DNA of 64,000 nt from Epiperipatus broadwayi (lineage: Eukaryota > Animalia > Onychophora): contig JAQFVV010000004.1 of assembly GCA_028023455.1 (NCBI GenBank), forward strand, positions 11,780,001-11,844,000, read 5' to 3'. The notes under the pieces were generated by a model that was given only the letters and a program-made list of their open reading frames with translations, was not told the origin of the DNA and searched no databases. The translations under genes were made by a program, and so were the position numbers. Shown here in pieces: positions 1 to 18,480 of this stretch. The number at the start of each line of letters is the position of its first letter. The stretch's first letter is position 1.

Positions 1-36
1 TGATTTTCATAGGTGACAATCATTTAAACTCTTAAT

Positions 37-205
37 AAACAATAGCAAACTCTCCATAAAGTAGTGCCACCAAGTGCTGCCCTTAGTAATCAATGCATCC
101 ATCCATTGATTACTAAGGCTTGTATTTGCTGACACTACTGTATGTAGAGTTTGCTCTGGTTGTTAACAGCTTGTGTAAGCATATGAAAATGGTAATCACA
201 TGATG
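37..205. mobile_element. Family A (PLE-type) short fold-back copy, HHR part deleted
   Basis: Arms ctctccataaagtagtgcc...agtaatcaatg and cattgattact...actactgtatgtagag are reverse complements. Ends in the family tail aacagcttgtgtaagcatatgaaaatggtaatcacatgatg. Confidence 0.8.
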
Positions 206-2339
206 TTGAAACTCTTGTTTTATTACTATGCTGATTCTTAACTTATGACTAATATTAAATAAGTTTTTTTTTCCTATTTGCCTCATAGATTTTCTGTGTC
301 AATAATGTAATTATATCTTTTACTTATTATCATTTATTATCAACAAAGACAAAAATTATTTGTTATATTTAATTTGAACTTAACTGCTAAGTCTGCACCA
401 TAAAATTTTGATTATTGTAACAAATTATTCCTACTAGAATAAAGTTAAATCAATTTGGAAAGCTAGTATTTAAAATAACTAAAACATATTGATTCTTTTT
501 TTAAGAACAAAGATATGTTGAAACCAGCTTTGGGACTTTTTCTACAATAATTCATAATTTTAGATTTTAAAAAATCCATTCATATATGAAAATGAATAAT
601 CAAAATAAATAATTGATGACTTTATTGCTTCAGAGTTCAAGAAAAGGTGTCAATTTGGATGTAATTTGTGGAATTTAAACTCCAATCTGTCATTCTCCCA
701 ATTGTACCAAACTATACAGGACATACAATTGAATGCTCATATGATGTTTAGTATAGTAATAAAAGAATAGACTTAAGATCAAAGATGAATCTGTCATTTT
801 TAATGCTGAACCTCACTTAATTTCATCAGCAACCAATCATTCAATTATTTTTAATAATTATAAAATTTATATATACTTACATTGTAAAGAACTAAGTTTG
901 CTTTGTAATGCACAAACTCTATCGATGTATTTAAAGGAGAAAATAAACCTAACTAATGTACAATCCATATACAATTATGAAAGTAATATCTTAATTATAA
1001 AAAAAAACATATACATCCTGTTGATCTTATTATGAAAGTATTTATTTACAGTGTTCACTCACTTGTCAGAGTAAATCATAGTGGAATAATATATCATTAT
1101 GAATTATTATCAGAAATAACAGACATTCTCACAAAGACATATGGTGATTCCAATTCCATGAGAAAAAAATATTCTAGAGATAACTTCATAATGAGTATCC
1201 ATGCTGACTTATTGATCCAATTGTCTGCCTAATTGACATTTTCGAATGCTCAGAAAATCTTTCCCAAAATACTTTAATGCCACATGTAATTGTAGCTCTC
1301 TAATGTATCACATTCTCAGCCATATTTTTCTGATGAAAACAATCAACATTGCACTTCTGATGTCTTTTATATAATCTTTATAATGTAAATGGGGTCTATA
1401 TTTTCCAAGAAACCTATGCTCAAATTCACCATAAACATTTATTTAATGTCTTGTACTGCTTTTCCATTTATATATATAATCCAACAAAGATATATTATAA
1501 TTGTGGGCGCTATCATAGCCAAAAGATTAAATAATACTGTTTGTTTTTATGTTCTTGCCATTTTATTTTTAGAATTTTACAGAAGCATCCTTAAATGAAA
1601 ATTTTCAAATGTTTTTAAGTTGAATTAATAGGGAGTCCAAGTCTTACATCCATACAACAATTAGATAAAAATCCAACTCTATATACAGCTAGTATAGTTT
1701 CAGGAGTTGTTTTTGTGTGTGTGGTGAAATATGGAATAATATATAAAATGTCCTTACTATTATATAAATTCTTACAAATTTAATAAAAATCCGACTAAAA
1801 CAATACAATTTCTAGTTTACTGACATCAGCCTATAACATGATTAAAAAAATGAAAAATAAACATTTTTGTAAAAGAATTTAATTTAGATTTAAAAGATTA
1901 AATGAATATTTATAAAATAGTCACAATAAACGTTCTTTTTTTACTTTTATTTTATTTGATTCTCATATTTTAATATATTAATTATGATAAAATAAACATA
2001 ACGTGGCATCACAATATTTAAAAACAACCTGCTTGTGTTCTTTCCGGAATTGGGAATTGAAATGGCCAAACTCATTTGCGAGTCAATAATGATAATTGAT
2101 TTATTATTTTTTAAAATAAAAAGAAAGTTTGTCATTTAGTGCAATATTTTTATTATAATAACAATTAACTAATCAGCAGCAGTAACCATTAATATTTAAA
2201 TATGATCATTTCAATTTCAAAAGTTAAAAAAATGAGAGAGGTGTTTTGTGATAACTATACAAACCAGTCTGTCTCTTAATTTTTTCTATAGTAAAATTTT
2301 CTTTCAGAAATATTTCAACACTATGTTTAATTACCATTC

Positions 2340-2812
2340 TTAAAACAGGAAAAACTCTCCATACTGTGGTGCCACTCAGTGCAAGCCAGAGTAATCAATG
2401 AATGCCAGAAGGCTTGTGCATAAAATCCCTATTTAGTGCTTACTTATCCAATATCCCCAGACTAGTTTCTAGGTTGTGGCTTTCATCAGTGACAAGCTTT
2501 GTATCTGAGATCACTGCACCTAGATCTTAGGATTGAATGCAACATTCCAGCAGCCACCTTTTATCTCTACTTAACTACAACTATGAGTCTGAAATTGAAA
2601 ACACAATGTTATTAATCCAACCTCATTAGCTTATATAGTCATATAACTAACTAGTCTGGGGAAATTGGAAGAGTAGGCACTAGATAAAGATTTTATCACA
2701 AGCTTTATGGCATCCATTGATTACTCTGGCTTGCACTGAGTGGCACTACTGTATGGAGAGTTTTTCCTGTTTTAATAACAGTTATGAGCAAGCATAAGAA
2801 ATGGTGATCGTG
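2340..2812. mobile_element. Family A fold-back copy with degenerate HHR on minus strand (~2455-2497)
   Basis: Left arm is antisense (ctctccatac...ccccagactagtttctaggttgtggctttcatcagtg...ccttttatctctacttaactac). Right arm is sense from ctagtctgggg to the tail ggtgatcgtgtgac. Confidence 0.9.
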
Positions 2813-3219
2813 TGACATTCTATTTTCGGTCATATCATCCCACATTTTTTGAATGTCTTTAAGACAATTTTTATAATATAAATGGTATGTGTTATTCCCA
2901 CAAAACTATACTAAAGTTTATCATAAATCAATCTAGTATTATTAATTGGTTTCACAAGTCCAGTCCAACAAAGATACTATTTTACAATAGCGTATTATTT
3001 ACATATATTGCTGCAAGTTATAACATCGAAAAACTACTGCGTAGTAAATCGAAAGATTTCACGCTGTATGTTTATAATTAGAAATCAGTGAGTTGAGTGT
3101 GAAGATATTTAAGATTCATGCTTTCAGATCTAAGTACTTTGGACTGGCTTGGATATATAGAAAGACAAGTAAAGAAGAGAGTGGAACCATTTTCTTGTTA
3201 AATTCTCTGTCTCAGTATT

Positions 3220-3330
3220 TGCGATCTGATTGGCTAAGTGCTTGAGAGGTTTGCACTCTCTCAGTTTAATTTCGATAGTGTATTTTATAGTACTACTTTC
3301 AACAGGCTAAAAAAACCCTTTTGATTGGTA
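3220..3330 (-). promoter_or_regulatory. Possible promoter: two CCAAT boxes in a CpG-retaining patch
   Basis: ctgattggct (~3226) and ttgattggt (~3321). CpGs are locally retained at ~2980-3430. No downstream gene identified. Confidence 0.25.
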
Positions 3331-3394
3331 TTTTGATCTTATCGTCACATTTTTAAAATTTTAGAGACCATCTTTAAATGAAATTTTTTAAATA

Positions 3395-4500
3395 CCATTA
3401 CATTAATTACATCAATGAAGGATCCGTCTCACTTTCATATAATAAATTAAGATAAAATCACAGCTTTATAAACAATTGATTTTAATACAATAGTTATATT
3501 CACTGTAATGAAATATCCTACTTTTTAATTTTTTAAAAGAAGTTGCAGAATATTGGAGTTTGGGCGGCACTTCAATATTTAAGCCCACCTTTACACTTAT
3601 AGAGATTCCAAGATATATACATTCACTCACATTCTCAAGCTTGTAATCATTCAAACTAATAGCTACTGGAGATTTTTCATTCATCAATGGCTGATAAAGA
3701 ATTTGAATTTTTTTGAACATTAATTACTAATTCGAAGACATTATATGTTGCATTCAAAACGTTAATGAGATTTTATAGATCATCTTTTGGACTAGGAAAA
3801 ATAGTTAAATTATTAGCATATTATAAATCATAAAATGCAAGAAAATGTCAAATTCTTGTTTTCACTTTCAATTAATTCACACTTAAAAAAATCCACTATC
3901 AAATCTGCATCGCATTTTAATCCCTATTTTATAAATTGTTTTGAAGTAAATCCATATTTTTCTTTAATCCCAATTTTTATTTCAAATATTTCAATTTCCC
4001 ATCTATAATAATAAATGTTCCACTCATTTCAACATATAGAAGCTCTATAATAAAAAAATGTTTAAGTAGATAATTAAATTCAAACAAAGCCATAAATCTG
4101 CTTAATGAATTAAGTCGAATTCTTTGACCAGATGAATAAATGCAATATATAAATCATTGTTTCATTCACAAAACATCTCTTGCATTTGTCTGGCAGTAAA
4201 AGTCATGTCTATAGATCTATTTGATCAATAAAATGCATAAAAGTGGGTATTTAGTACAGTGAATGAAGATATTTTACAATGTTTACTGCAGTATCATCTA
4301 TTCTCTTTATTTTTAAAAATAGTTGTTAATAAAAACAACCTTAAAATCAAGTGATATAACTTTATGAGTCCATATATTTCTTTTAAAAGTCAATATTTTT
4401 GAAGCTAACATATCACCAATATATTTTAAAACATCTAGATATCATGTTAGGATCTGTGATTTTTCTATTTTTTAGATTGTAAACAACTGTTTTGACTTCA
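3395..4500 (-). mobile_element. RTE-clade LINE reverse transcriptase remnant
   Basis: Minus-strand translation gives decayed RTE motifs in the correct order: LKNRKITDPNM..FKYIGDMLASK (PGPDG region), RSIDMTFTARQMQE...LYIAFIHLVKEFD..LW, GIKMRCRFDSG, LENVSECIYLG, VYKAVILS.LLY. Confidence 0.85.
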
Positions 4501-4559
4501 TTGATCTGGTTATCTTTGTCCAAATCTAAATGAATAAAAATGAATAATCAATGATTCAA

Positions 4560-4980
4560 TAAGATTATAAATGATACAGTATTAAGAACTGCAAGAAAAG
4601 TAATTGGTAAACAAAAGCAGCAATTTACTAATAAATTTTCTACTAAATCAAAACATTGTATGATAATAAAAATAAATTGTTCATTAGGAAAAATAAAAAT
4701 CTTGAAATTTGTATAATAATATGGAAAAGAGTTCATAACAATATAAGAAAATATAATTATGAATGACAACAAAAACTATAGAAGATAAAATAGGCCTCAA
4801 AAGTGCATAACATCATTTTGGAATTGGTAAGAAACTTATTTCTAAACAATTAGAAGATGGGACTATTATTAAAAAGAGGAATGACATCATAAAATAGGTG
4901 GAAAGTCTTGTATAAAAATAATATAGCAATAGAAAACAAAAAAAATAAAGTATTGTAATGGAACAAAATCTAGAACTCTG
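4560..4980 (+). mobile_element. RTE LINE ORF fragment (EN-RT linker), 5' part of a split element
   Basis: Translates to VLRTARKVIGK...IRKYNYE...IGKKLISKQLEDGTIIKKRNDIIK, typical of the RTE region just upstream of RT. Collinear with 8400-9720. Confidence 0.6.
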
Positions 4981-5943
4981 ATAAATCATTCTAAGGCCGA
5001 CCAGTTTTACGGTGGTGGAAGCCACGACTCTGGCTTAACCCTAGTTCCTCTACCATTGCTCAGAGATTTACTGCCTTGCGAATGACACAGTTGAGGCCAC
5101 AGCAGTAGAACAAAAAACTATGGTATCTCAGTATTTTAGCGAGTATAGGTATATAGATATCGTGTGGCAAGGATATTTATGAATTAAACAATAAACTAAA
5201 TATCAATAACTAATTATAAATAATTATTAAACTAAGAAATGATTTTGAGTCAGTGAGAAAGATTAAGACGTACATCCTATTTAAGTTTAAATTCAATGTA
5301 ATAAAAATTAAGTTTGAAATAATAAGTAAACAATGTTATAATGGTTAATTGGTTGTACTCACATGCAGGTGGTTAAAGGATGTTTACATTAACTTGGATT
5401 TACACGCAAGTGATGGTTTTAGATATAATTTTACATGGCTGAGTTTAAAAGTTTGGTTTACATATATAGGATATAGATAAAGTCACTCGCACATGATTAT
5501 GAACTTTAGGTTACAATTCAAATTACAAAGTATGCACTTTCGAATTATATATAGCATTAAATCACACAGGTGATTATGACCTCTAAGTTACAAATTAGTT
5601 TATTTAGCTATATATATATGTGTGTGTGTGTGTGTGTTAATCTATCACTCACAGGTGAAGAAATTATAATACATTTAGATTTACATTTTCATGAGCTTTA
5701 ATATTATTTTTATAACTAAATGACTTTGCTCATGATTATCTATGCCTAGTTTATGCTATTTAATTGGATATAGATCTGCTTTAATAATTAGTGGAAGTGA
5801 TAATAATGAATTATAAAGAACATAGTATTTAATATAATCACGAATAACTAATGTATTCTCTATATAGATAATTTGCCAATCAATCTGGATTCGAATTCAG
5901 ATCAACGCTGAAATAATAATAAAAAGGGCAGGTTGAACTGATT

Positions 5944-6327
5944 ATGGGCAGCCAGAATTCAGATACCTTTGCGTATATAAAACATATAACTCTGGGTCCC
6001 TGTGTCTCATATATGTACCTTTTTCATGGGATTCTTACCAAGTAATGGTTCCCTTCAACTGATCTCATTGCTGTGAATTAGGAGGCTTTTTTAGTCCAGA
6101 TGATCGAGCAATTTATTTAAGTGGGAGTCTTACACTCTGTGCAAGTCTCATGCTCCATTACTAATGATGCAGATGTTGTCGCATACCAATCCCATCTGAG
6201 GAAGATAATTGCCTGAACTAAATGTACTGGTGTAGCCCTAACACATACGCCCAGTAAAGAAATACAGCAACAAGTGAGTTATGCCGTAGCATTTCTAAAG
6301 GACACATATGCTCCACTGACAACATAA
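5944..6327 (+). pseudogene. Decayed 127-aa ORF of unknown family
   Basis: One frame, MGSQNSDTFAYIKHITLGPC...YQSHLRKIIA*TKCTGVALTHTPSKEIQQQVSYAVAFLKDTYAPLTT, with 4 internal stops (TAA,TAG,TAA,TGA), each one C>T away from Gln/Arg. No frameshift. Confidence 0.5.
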
Positions 6328-7189
6328 TAATATACTAAAAAATTAAGATGCTAATTCTAGATTCCTTCATGAAACTACTCTGTATCAGTTTATATGGTAG
6401 TATTTTTAATTATACTATTAAAGAAAATTTATGAATCCAGATTATAAGGCTATTTATATAGGCTTTTATTTATTTAAGGAGGACTACAATATAAAATTAT
6501 AGATTTATGCTGCGTTTTATCATCCCAACCAGATATCACTTAAATATCATATTTTAAAGCAAATCTATCTGATAAATTTATAGTTATATCTCAATCAAAA
6601 GATTTTACTCATTTCAAAATGGGGTTTTTAGTTTGTGCGTTAATCTACGCAAAATTACACATATATAGGTGAAAATCTAGATTTATTTCTCACTAATCAT
6701 TTAATTACAAATAAAACCCGGTTTTGGATACATATAGCATAAACAATAAAATAAGTAAAATTTAATAAGATTAGGCATAGATTTAGGAAATGCAATATAT
6801 ATATAAGATTTCACGCGTGAGTGAAATCTGAAATTTAATTTTAGCATATTTTAAAAGAAGTTTCTGAAATGCTATTTAGTATTTAATTGATTTAGTTTAA
6901 AAGTTAGAAGTTGTTTATAATTGATGAAAGCAATTATTATCACTAACTTAATATATATAAAACAACTGAGAATTTTGATTATTACTCTAAAATAGATTAT
7001 TTAACAAAAGTTATTAAACATTGAATATAAATGATTTTAACAATTAAATTAAATACATAAAACTAAATCAATCAGACATAAGTAAACCAAGACATAAGAT
7101 ATTTGACTTAATAAATTAGATGTTTTTATTAAATTAATATGCAACTCAGAAAAGTAGGTAGGGGAACAAATTAAATTTGGAACGACTCG

Positions 7190-7275
7190 GGAAATAAATT
7201 TAGAAAAACTTAGGAAATAATTCAGAAAAACTTCAGAAATAATTCAGGCAAACCGAGGAAATAATTCAGGCAAGA
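7190..7275. repeat. 22-23 bp tandem repeat, ~4 copies
   Basis: gaaataa recurs at 7191, 7214, 7236 and 7258 (unit ~gaaataattcagaaaaacttca). Confidence 0.8.
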
Positions 7276-7323
7276 TTTTGAATGAAATTAAGGAAAATAA
7301 AAATACATTTAGAACAAGTTTAG

Positions 7324-7566
7324 TTACATTATTTTTACAATTATTATGGCCATTACTTTAAGATTAGCTAGCATTTTAGATTTGAGTTTAGTTGAAGATT
7401 TAATATTTGAAGGAATGATTACCATGATTTTCTCTTCTCTGCTGGCTGGTTATCTTTTGTTTTTAGGACATTTTTAGGTAGTTACAGTTGTTTCTCCATC
7501 TCCTTCAGCATCAGGTAGCTTCTCATCGGTCAAAAAGACAAGATTTTGAGCCTCTTACCCCGACAT
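7324..7566 (-). pseudogene. Decayed 80-aa ORF (or MSG micro-exon) downstream of a TATA promoter
   Basis: MSG*EAQNLVFLTDEKLPDAEGDGETTVTT*KCPKNKR*PASREEKIMV..., three TAA stops in one frame. Alternative reading: ATGTCGGG followed by a gtaag splice donor. Confidence 0.4.
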
Positions 7567-7629
7567 GATAATTATTAAATCTCTTCAGTACTTTATTAAA
7601 ATTACAAATCTGAATGTGAGTCTGAATGC

Positions 7630-7682
7630 AAGTGCCGAATGTGAGTGTCTTCTAAAAGGGCTGCTGTAGCTTATATATCGCT
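7630..7682 (-). promoter_or_regulatory. TATA box plus Inr-like motif
   Basis: Minus strand cgaTATATAAGc (7670-7678), followed ~28 nt later by tcacattc and repeated cattcag, ~75 nt before the ATG at 7566. Confidence 0.45.
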
Positions 7683-8313
7683 ACCCCCCTTCTCTTTCAT
7701 TATATTATTTTCTTAGATAAGTTTTCCTAGCTTGTTTGCCTATTTCAAGCAATCGCAGAAGCCTGCTGTGTCAAACTTTTAATTAGGTAAAAAAACCTGT
7801 GACACGCCGTAATTTACGCAATCTTTTATTTTAATTCTAATTTTAATTCTAAATATAAATTTGGTCAATCTTATATCAGGAAAGGTTAACTCTTCTGGCG
7901 TCACTTTGGCTAGAAAACAAATCTAACATCTGTGAAAACATTTTGTTATATATGTAACTCGACCGTTTTAATTTACTGATATATGCAGAATTATGAAATT
8001 TTAAATATAACTAACTTAATAAATATTTCAAAATAAAGAAATCTTAATGTTTTAAATCCTATTAACATTAATCCTCTAGCATATATGTAGTCTAAAGTTA
8101 CACATACAACTCACCTTTCATTTAATTATTATTAAAATATATATGTGCGTATCTCAGAGATTTATGTCTTTATAAATGAATATTTCTCTATATATGTAAT
8201 TATATATGCACACATACATGATTATACTTATTTAAGTTTAAATTTAGGTGGGTTTTTACGGTATTATTAATAAGATATACAAGAATTTGGTGGTGTTTAT
8301 ACATAACAGAATA

Positions 8314-8366
8314 CTACTATAGCATATAGTAGGCGAAACAGTTGGACTTTACAAGCTGACTGTTTC
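8314..8366. other. Two adjacent hairpins at the right edge of the unknown insert
   Basis: ctactata-gca-tatagtag (perfect 8 bp) and gaaacagttgg-N10-ctgactgtttc. Confidence 0.6.
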
Positions 8367-8399
8367 AGCATCATATATAATTACTATTAATTTTGAACT

Positions 8400-9720
8400 G
8401 ATGTGCATTTTAAATGAAAAAAGTAAGACAGGGAATTAAATCTATGAAGAATTAAAAATCTCCAGAAACTTACGGAATTTATATTCAATATCTTTTTTAA
8501 AAAAAGTAATAAAAAAACAGAAATATTACTGGCAAAGTTATATACCAGGTGTGCTAGATGATTAGAAGAATATAATAGCGATATTGATATTTAAGATAAT
8601 AACAAAAAAGATATTATAAATTACAAACCTGTCTTTATCTTCCATACAAAATCTTTACCAAAATAATTATAACTCATTACAGTATTTTTTGTTGGAGTGT
8701 GGTTATAAATAACCAAAAGAACAAATTGGATTTAAAAGTGATTTTAGCTCAGTGGAGCGCATCCAAATATTGAGACAAATTATTGAAGGATCCAATAAGT
8801 GTGATTTGCCATTAACTTTAGGTTTGTAGATTATAAAAAGTTATTTGACTTTATTAGCATGTCTACAGTGATAAAAACATTGGATTATGAGAATATAGAC
8901 CCCATATATTGTCATTTTCAGAAAAATAATTATTTAGTACAACAGCAATGATTAGATTACTCAATGGTACTGAAATTGTTGATAGTGTGATATAACTCCT
9001 AAATATTTTAAAGTGGTTTTACATGAAATATTTTGTGAATTTAAATAAAAATCTAAGTGAGTAAAATTAAATGGAGATTATTTAATTTATTTAGATTTTA
9101 TAGATGGTGTGGTTAATTTTATAACTAGTGCTTCAGAACTTCAGAAAATGTTGCAAGAGTTATCAGATGAAAGTAAGAAAGTGGAACTAAAGATAAATTC
9201 TAAAAAAAAACTAAAGGAATGTTCAATAAAAGAAATGTAACAACTATAAGTATCTTGGTCAGATTATTAATATGGAAGGAAACATAATAGATGAAATTAA
9301 ACTTAGATAAATGATTTTTCATACAATTAACAATTTTAAAAGGAAATATGCCTACATGCTTGGTTTTATCAGTTATTATAAATCTAAAACTTGGTCACAT
9401 AATATAACAGAAATACTAAGATTCAGACCAGTCAGTGATGTGAAGAAAGGTATATTTTAGAAAAAAAAAGGTCAAAAATTAAATATTATGGGTTAGAGAA
9501 TAAACTGGTATTACCCACATAATTGACAGAATTAAGATATTGAAATAGAACTGGGCTAAACACATTGCTAGAAAATATAATAATAGATGGATAGAGAAAA
9601 TTTGAAACTGGTTTTCAGGAGATTGTAAAAGATCTAAAAAAAGCACATGTGAGATAGGATGAATGAAAATTTACTCGTGTTATGGAAGAGAGATTAGAAA
9701 TTGGAGAAGGAATGATGCTA
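8400..9720 (+). mobile_element. RTE LINE RT domain remnant, 3' part of the split element
   Basis: KKVRQGIKSMKN*KSP, KDIINYKPV..YKIFTKII, QPKEQIGFKSDFSSVERIQILRQIIE...LGFVDYKKLFD, ASELQKMLQELSDESKKVELKINSKKTK. Confidence 0.85.
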
Positions 9721-10800
9721 ATAAATTTTATGCAAATTTAGTGTACTAAGATATATAAATAGCAAAGTGGGATGTGTTAGAGCTTGCAAAGACCATGGAT
9801 TTTTTGTGCATGAGTAATAAAGAGGTAGGCAAAAGCATTACAACTGGTCTTCATTAATAGTTTAAATTAAAAAAGATATTGTGCCTATAAATGATAGCTG
9901 CAATGTCTTGAACCGTCTCTCATATCTATTAAAATGCACCCATTATGTATATAGCACATGACACATAACATGTGGAGCCCTCTGTTTTGATAGTTAGTGA
10001 TAATGTAACCCTATGCTTGATAAGAATATAAATAGTCTCATTTCTGAAATACCTTTATTCACATTCATTAATACTTTTAAGGATTAGAAATCTCTAATCT
10101 TTCCACATATTAAGCCTGTGATCCATTAGATGTAGACTGAGTTAAGTAAAGATTTGAAACCTGTGTATAATAAAAATTGGTAAAAAAAAAAAAGAGAGAG
10201 AGAGGGAGAGAACAATAAACTCTTAATATAAATCCTAGAATAAAAAATACTATAAATAATCAAATTACTATTCCTTCAATATTCTCAAATTAACATGTCA
10301 ATGTATATATCACTTTTAAATACATGGTACACATTTACATCTGTTAAGCTTATGCACAGATAAACACACTTTTACATATTAGATACTACTAGCATAAGGA
10401 TGTTCAAGATCACAACATGTAATGTAGTTTATAAATATAATTTTTGGAAGAGCATATTTTAGAGATGCCAATATAAAAACAAACTTGATAATGTTGAATA
10501 TCCATGTAGTGGCAATGAGTATCTATCTGCCAATCATATTTATTGTAAATAAAATATTAAAGCATTGATACTCTTAACAATATGAGGGAAGGAAATTAAA
10601 ATTTTAACCCGCATCTAATAGTGAAATATATAAATCACCTAGTAAAAATACAATTTAGTTAAAGTTTAATATTAAAATTTTTCAGAATTAATCTAAAGGA
10701 ATGTTTGAATCATTAACATAGAGTGGAGAGAGATCTGATATTTTATTTATGTTAAATAATTGTTTATTTAAAATTATCTTTTGTCAATAAATCAATTTTT

Positions 10801-10975
10801 CACAGAAGCAAAACTCTCCATACAGTAGTGCCATTCAGTGCAAGCTGTGCACGAAATCCCTACCTAGTGCATACTCATCCAATATCCCCAGACTAGTTTC
10901 TAGCTTATGGCTTTCATCAGTGAAGAGTCTTGTATCTGAGAGCACTGCACCTATGGAGAGTTTTGCCTCTGTGAA
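10801..10975 (-). mobile_element. Family A internally deleted copy with short terminal inverted arms
   Basis: cacagaagcaaaactctccata ... tatggagagttttgcctctgtg enclose the HHR segment. Confidence 0.85.
10885..10926 (-). ncRNA. Minimal type I hammerhead ribozyme motif (family A), core intact
   Basis: tcttca-CTGATGA-a-agc-cataa-gct-a-GAAA-ctag-TC-tgggga. Stem III ACTAGT is palindromic. A.A at position 10.1/11.1. Confidence 0.7.
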
Positions 10976-13031
10976 AAACAACTTATATAAGCAAAAGGAA
11001 TGGTTATCACATAAATCGATTTTTTCTTTTATTTTTGAAAAATCTTTGTCAATTAAATTTTGAATTAGGCTTGATTGGTATAACATTCTGAGCTGATGAT
11101 CAAGAAGTCTTTACAATATTTTTCTGCTAGAGGTGACTGCTTGACTATTTTATCCTCCCATGGACTTATATTTTGCTAAATCTTTATATTCATTTTTCTG
11201 GGAGGAAAGCTGCAGAGTTGGTTCCATGAATCTTTCTCTGTCCACAGTAAATTCCTAAACAGGCTGTTGCTGTCAAATATTGATCATTTCAAATATTTTT
11301 TAACAATTGTTGATCTGTCAGATGGAGACAACGCTGTTGTTTACTGACCCAATGCTCACATTAGTCTTAATAGTGTAATTTATTGTAATAGATCTGAAAT
11401 GCAAATATCTTACAGCAGCCTAAGTTGACACCTGGTGTATCTATCAGATCATTCCTCTCCCACTATAGTATATGAATTTTAAATAATATTTCAGATAGAC
11501 CAGAGACTTGAATATAAGTCTTAAGTACATATCTAGAAAGCCGTGTTTATATAATATAGAAAACATATTAATAACCATAAAAATGTTTGTAGGTATACCT
11601 AATAACTTCAACCACACAATCTAGAAACATAAAAAAGACAAATGATCCCAAAATGCATCTGGCGCTAAACCAGTAATTATCCGTTGGTCCAGGTCACAAT
11701 TTTTTTACATATACCTTTATCATTTGATTTTCTATTTGTCAAACTTGAGTTACAGTAAGTTTGATTCTTGTGAATCAAAATATAAAAATGTTTGTAACAA
11801 ATAATGTAAATACTCTTAATGTATTACAAATTATAAAACACTATACGTTTATTATATATATAAAGATATGATTTTCTACAATAAAAGCATTATCCATGTG
11901 CATATAATGAGTATATGCAGAGATATAGATTATTAAAATACACTTTAATTTTTGTGCGTTGTTATAACTGTTATTTTAACATAAATATTTTTTTTTATTA
12001 ATATCACACACAAAAAAAAACACAAATAATAAAAATAACTGTTTTTAACAACAACAACAAAAAAGAATATATATATATATATAACGTTCAAAACAATAGT
12101 AAACAATTTCTTACGTTTTTAAAACTCTCTACAATAAGGACCTTTTAAAATAATTGCTTTATTTTTTTTCCATTAGCTAATTAAAGCTAAAGTCTTTAAA
12201 TTAAATAATGTATTATTTTGAAATTCTTTAACTGTCCATTGAACGTAAAATCTTATTAGAGTAACTGTTTAAAGTGTTAGAATAAATATTTTATTAAGTA
12301 TTTGAAACTATATTTAAAAATTACAATATATATAATATAAAAATTACTTAATGATAATTTTTTTATTAAATTCTTTTTTTTTAATATATAATTTTTTATT
12401 ACACAAATAATGAAATTTATGGAATAAATAATTTAAAATGACATTACTAAAATGTTGTCCATTTAAAAAATAAACGCACATTTATACACGTCTATAAAGA
12501 AGAGATATAATGAGAAAAAGAGAAACTTATGTGTACGTTAATACAACACTAAAAATAGCAGAATTAATTATTCTGTTTTAAAATAAAAATTAAAATACAT
12601 AATACAAATTATTAATTAATAAAGACAGAATCATTCTTACTTATACCATAACAAAACAGAATTGTCATTTCAATTTATTTTCTAATTTATAATATAAAAA
12701 TAATAATAATTTAAATAAATTTTTATATAATACAAATAGGTTGTATTATTCTGTTACCATGTGTCCAAAAATTAATGTGTTATTCATTACCATAATGAGA
12801 CATTATTGACTCAAAATATAAAAAATTGGAATGACTGTTGATTTTTATATCAAAATATTTTAAATACTATTTTGATTTATCTTGAATATTATTAATTTCA
12901 GCACTACATAACTAACTTTTTCTTCTGCTTGAATATATAAAGTTTATGAATGTAATCATAGAACAATCCTGTTCCGCATATCCAAATATGTTGGAATTAT
13001 TTTGCAAGCAGACTCATAAGAAGTCATTAAA

Positions 13032-13128
13032 GGTCGAGAGGTCAGCGCGACTGCCTTGCAATTGCAGGCAGTTGCCCGGGTTGCGGGTTCGCGTCCCGGC
13101 CGATGCTATGACACTTAAAAAAAAAAAA
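13032..13128 (+). mobile_element. tRNA-derived SINE (subfamily S2)
   Basis: gagaggtca A-box region, ggttcgcgtcccggccgatgc B-box/acceptor, then tatgacac and a poly(A) tail. Homologous to 32006-32116 and 50484-50590. Confidence 0.8.
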
Positions 13129-13864
13129 TACAATTTTATCTTTTCATTTATCCATGATTGTCAACTTAAATAGTCTGTTATATTTATTAAGTTAAAGGAT
13201 TTGAAATTTAAAGTAATTCTTCCAATATAAGATGAAGTTATAAATAAAGATAAGATTTCTGAAATCATGAATATTTGAATAAAAGAGGTGTTAAAAAGTA
13301 TGATAACAGCGACACCTATATTTGCGCAAATAATAAACATGGCATTATTGACACGTACTACAAATAATAATCATCTTTTATAAAAATTAAATAAGAATTA
13401 GAAATAGTAAGTATGATTTACAAATATTAATCCTTAAAAAAATAAATGAAAAAAAAATTAAAACAAATTTATAGAAAAAAATAATAAATCAAAAAGAAAA
13501 GCCACACTTTTATTTCTAATAATTGTTTTATAAAAAGTTATTTTTGTTATATCAAACATTTAAATAACTATAAATTTTACATAGAAATAACATTAAAATT
13601 TCAGTAATAAAAAGTACATATATTATAAGACATATGGTAGTGAAAATAAAATTAAAATTATTATTTTAATTTTTAAAAAAAACTTATTGAAATCAACTGA
13701 TAAATCCAAAAATATAAATGACCAATGTATAAAGTCACTATTTCAATAAAATAAAATATGCAATTATGAGATATAATAAAATTGTTGCTTTGTTAAGAAG
13801 CTAAACTAAATATGCACTAGTAATAAACTAGAACAAATAATTAGATTTGGTTATAATTAAAAGC

Positions 13865-18480
<4,616 letters not shown>

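Larger units (their letters stand above)
4985..8375. other. Unidentified ~3.4-kb insert inside the plus-strand RTE, carrying decayed compact ORFs, TATA boxes and short repeats
   Basis: Flanked by collinear RTE fragments and retains CpG. Contains two frame-intact but stop-interrupted ORFs, a 22-bp tandem array and terminal hairpins. Confidence 0.5.

Noticed and set aside
8314-8366. Hammerhead formed by the two adjacent hairpins around GAAA
   Set aside because: There is no CUGANGA upstream and no stem I partner.
11686-11702. ccaggtcacaat match to the Merlin TIR
   Set aside because: Only 12 bp, with no partner TIR or TSD nearby.
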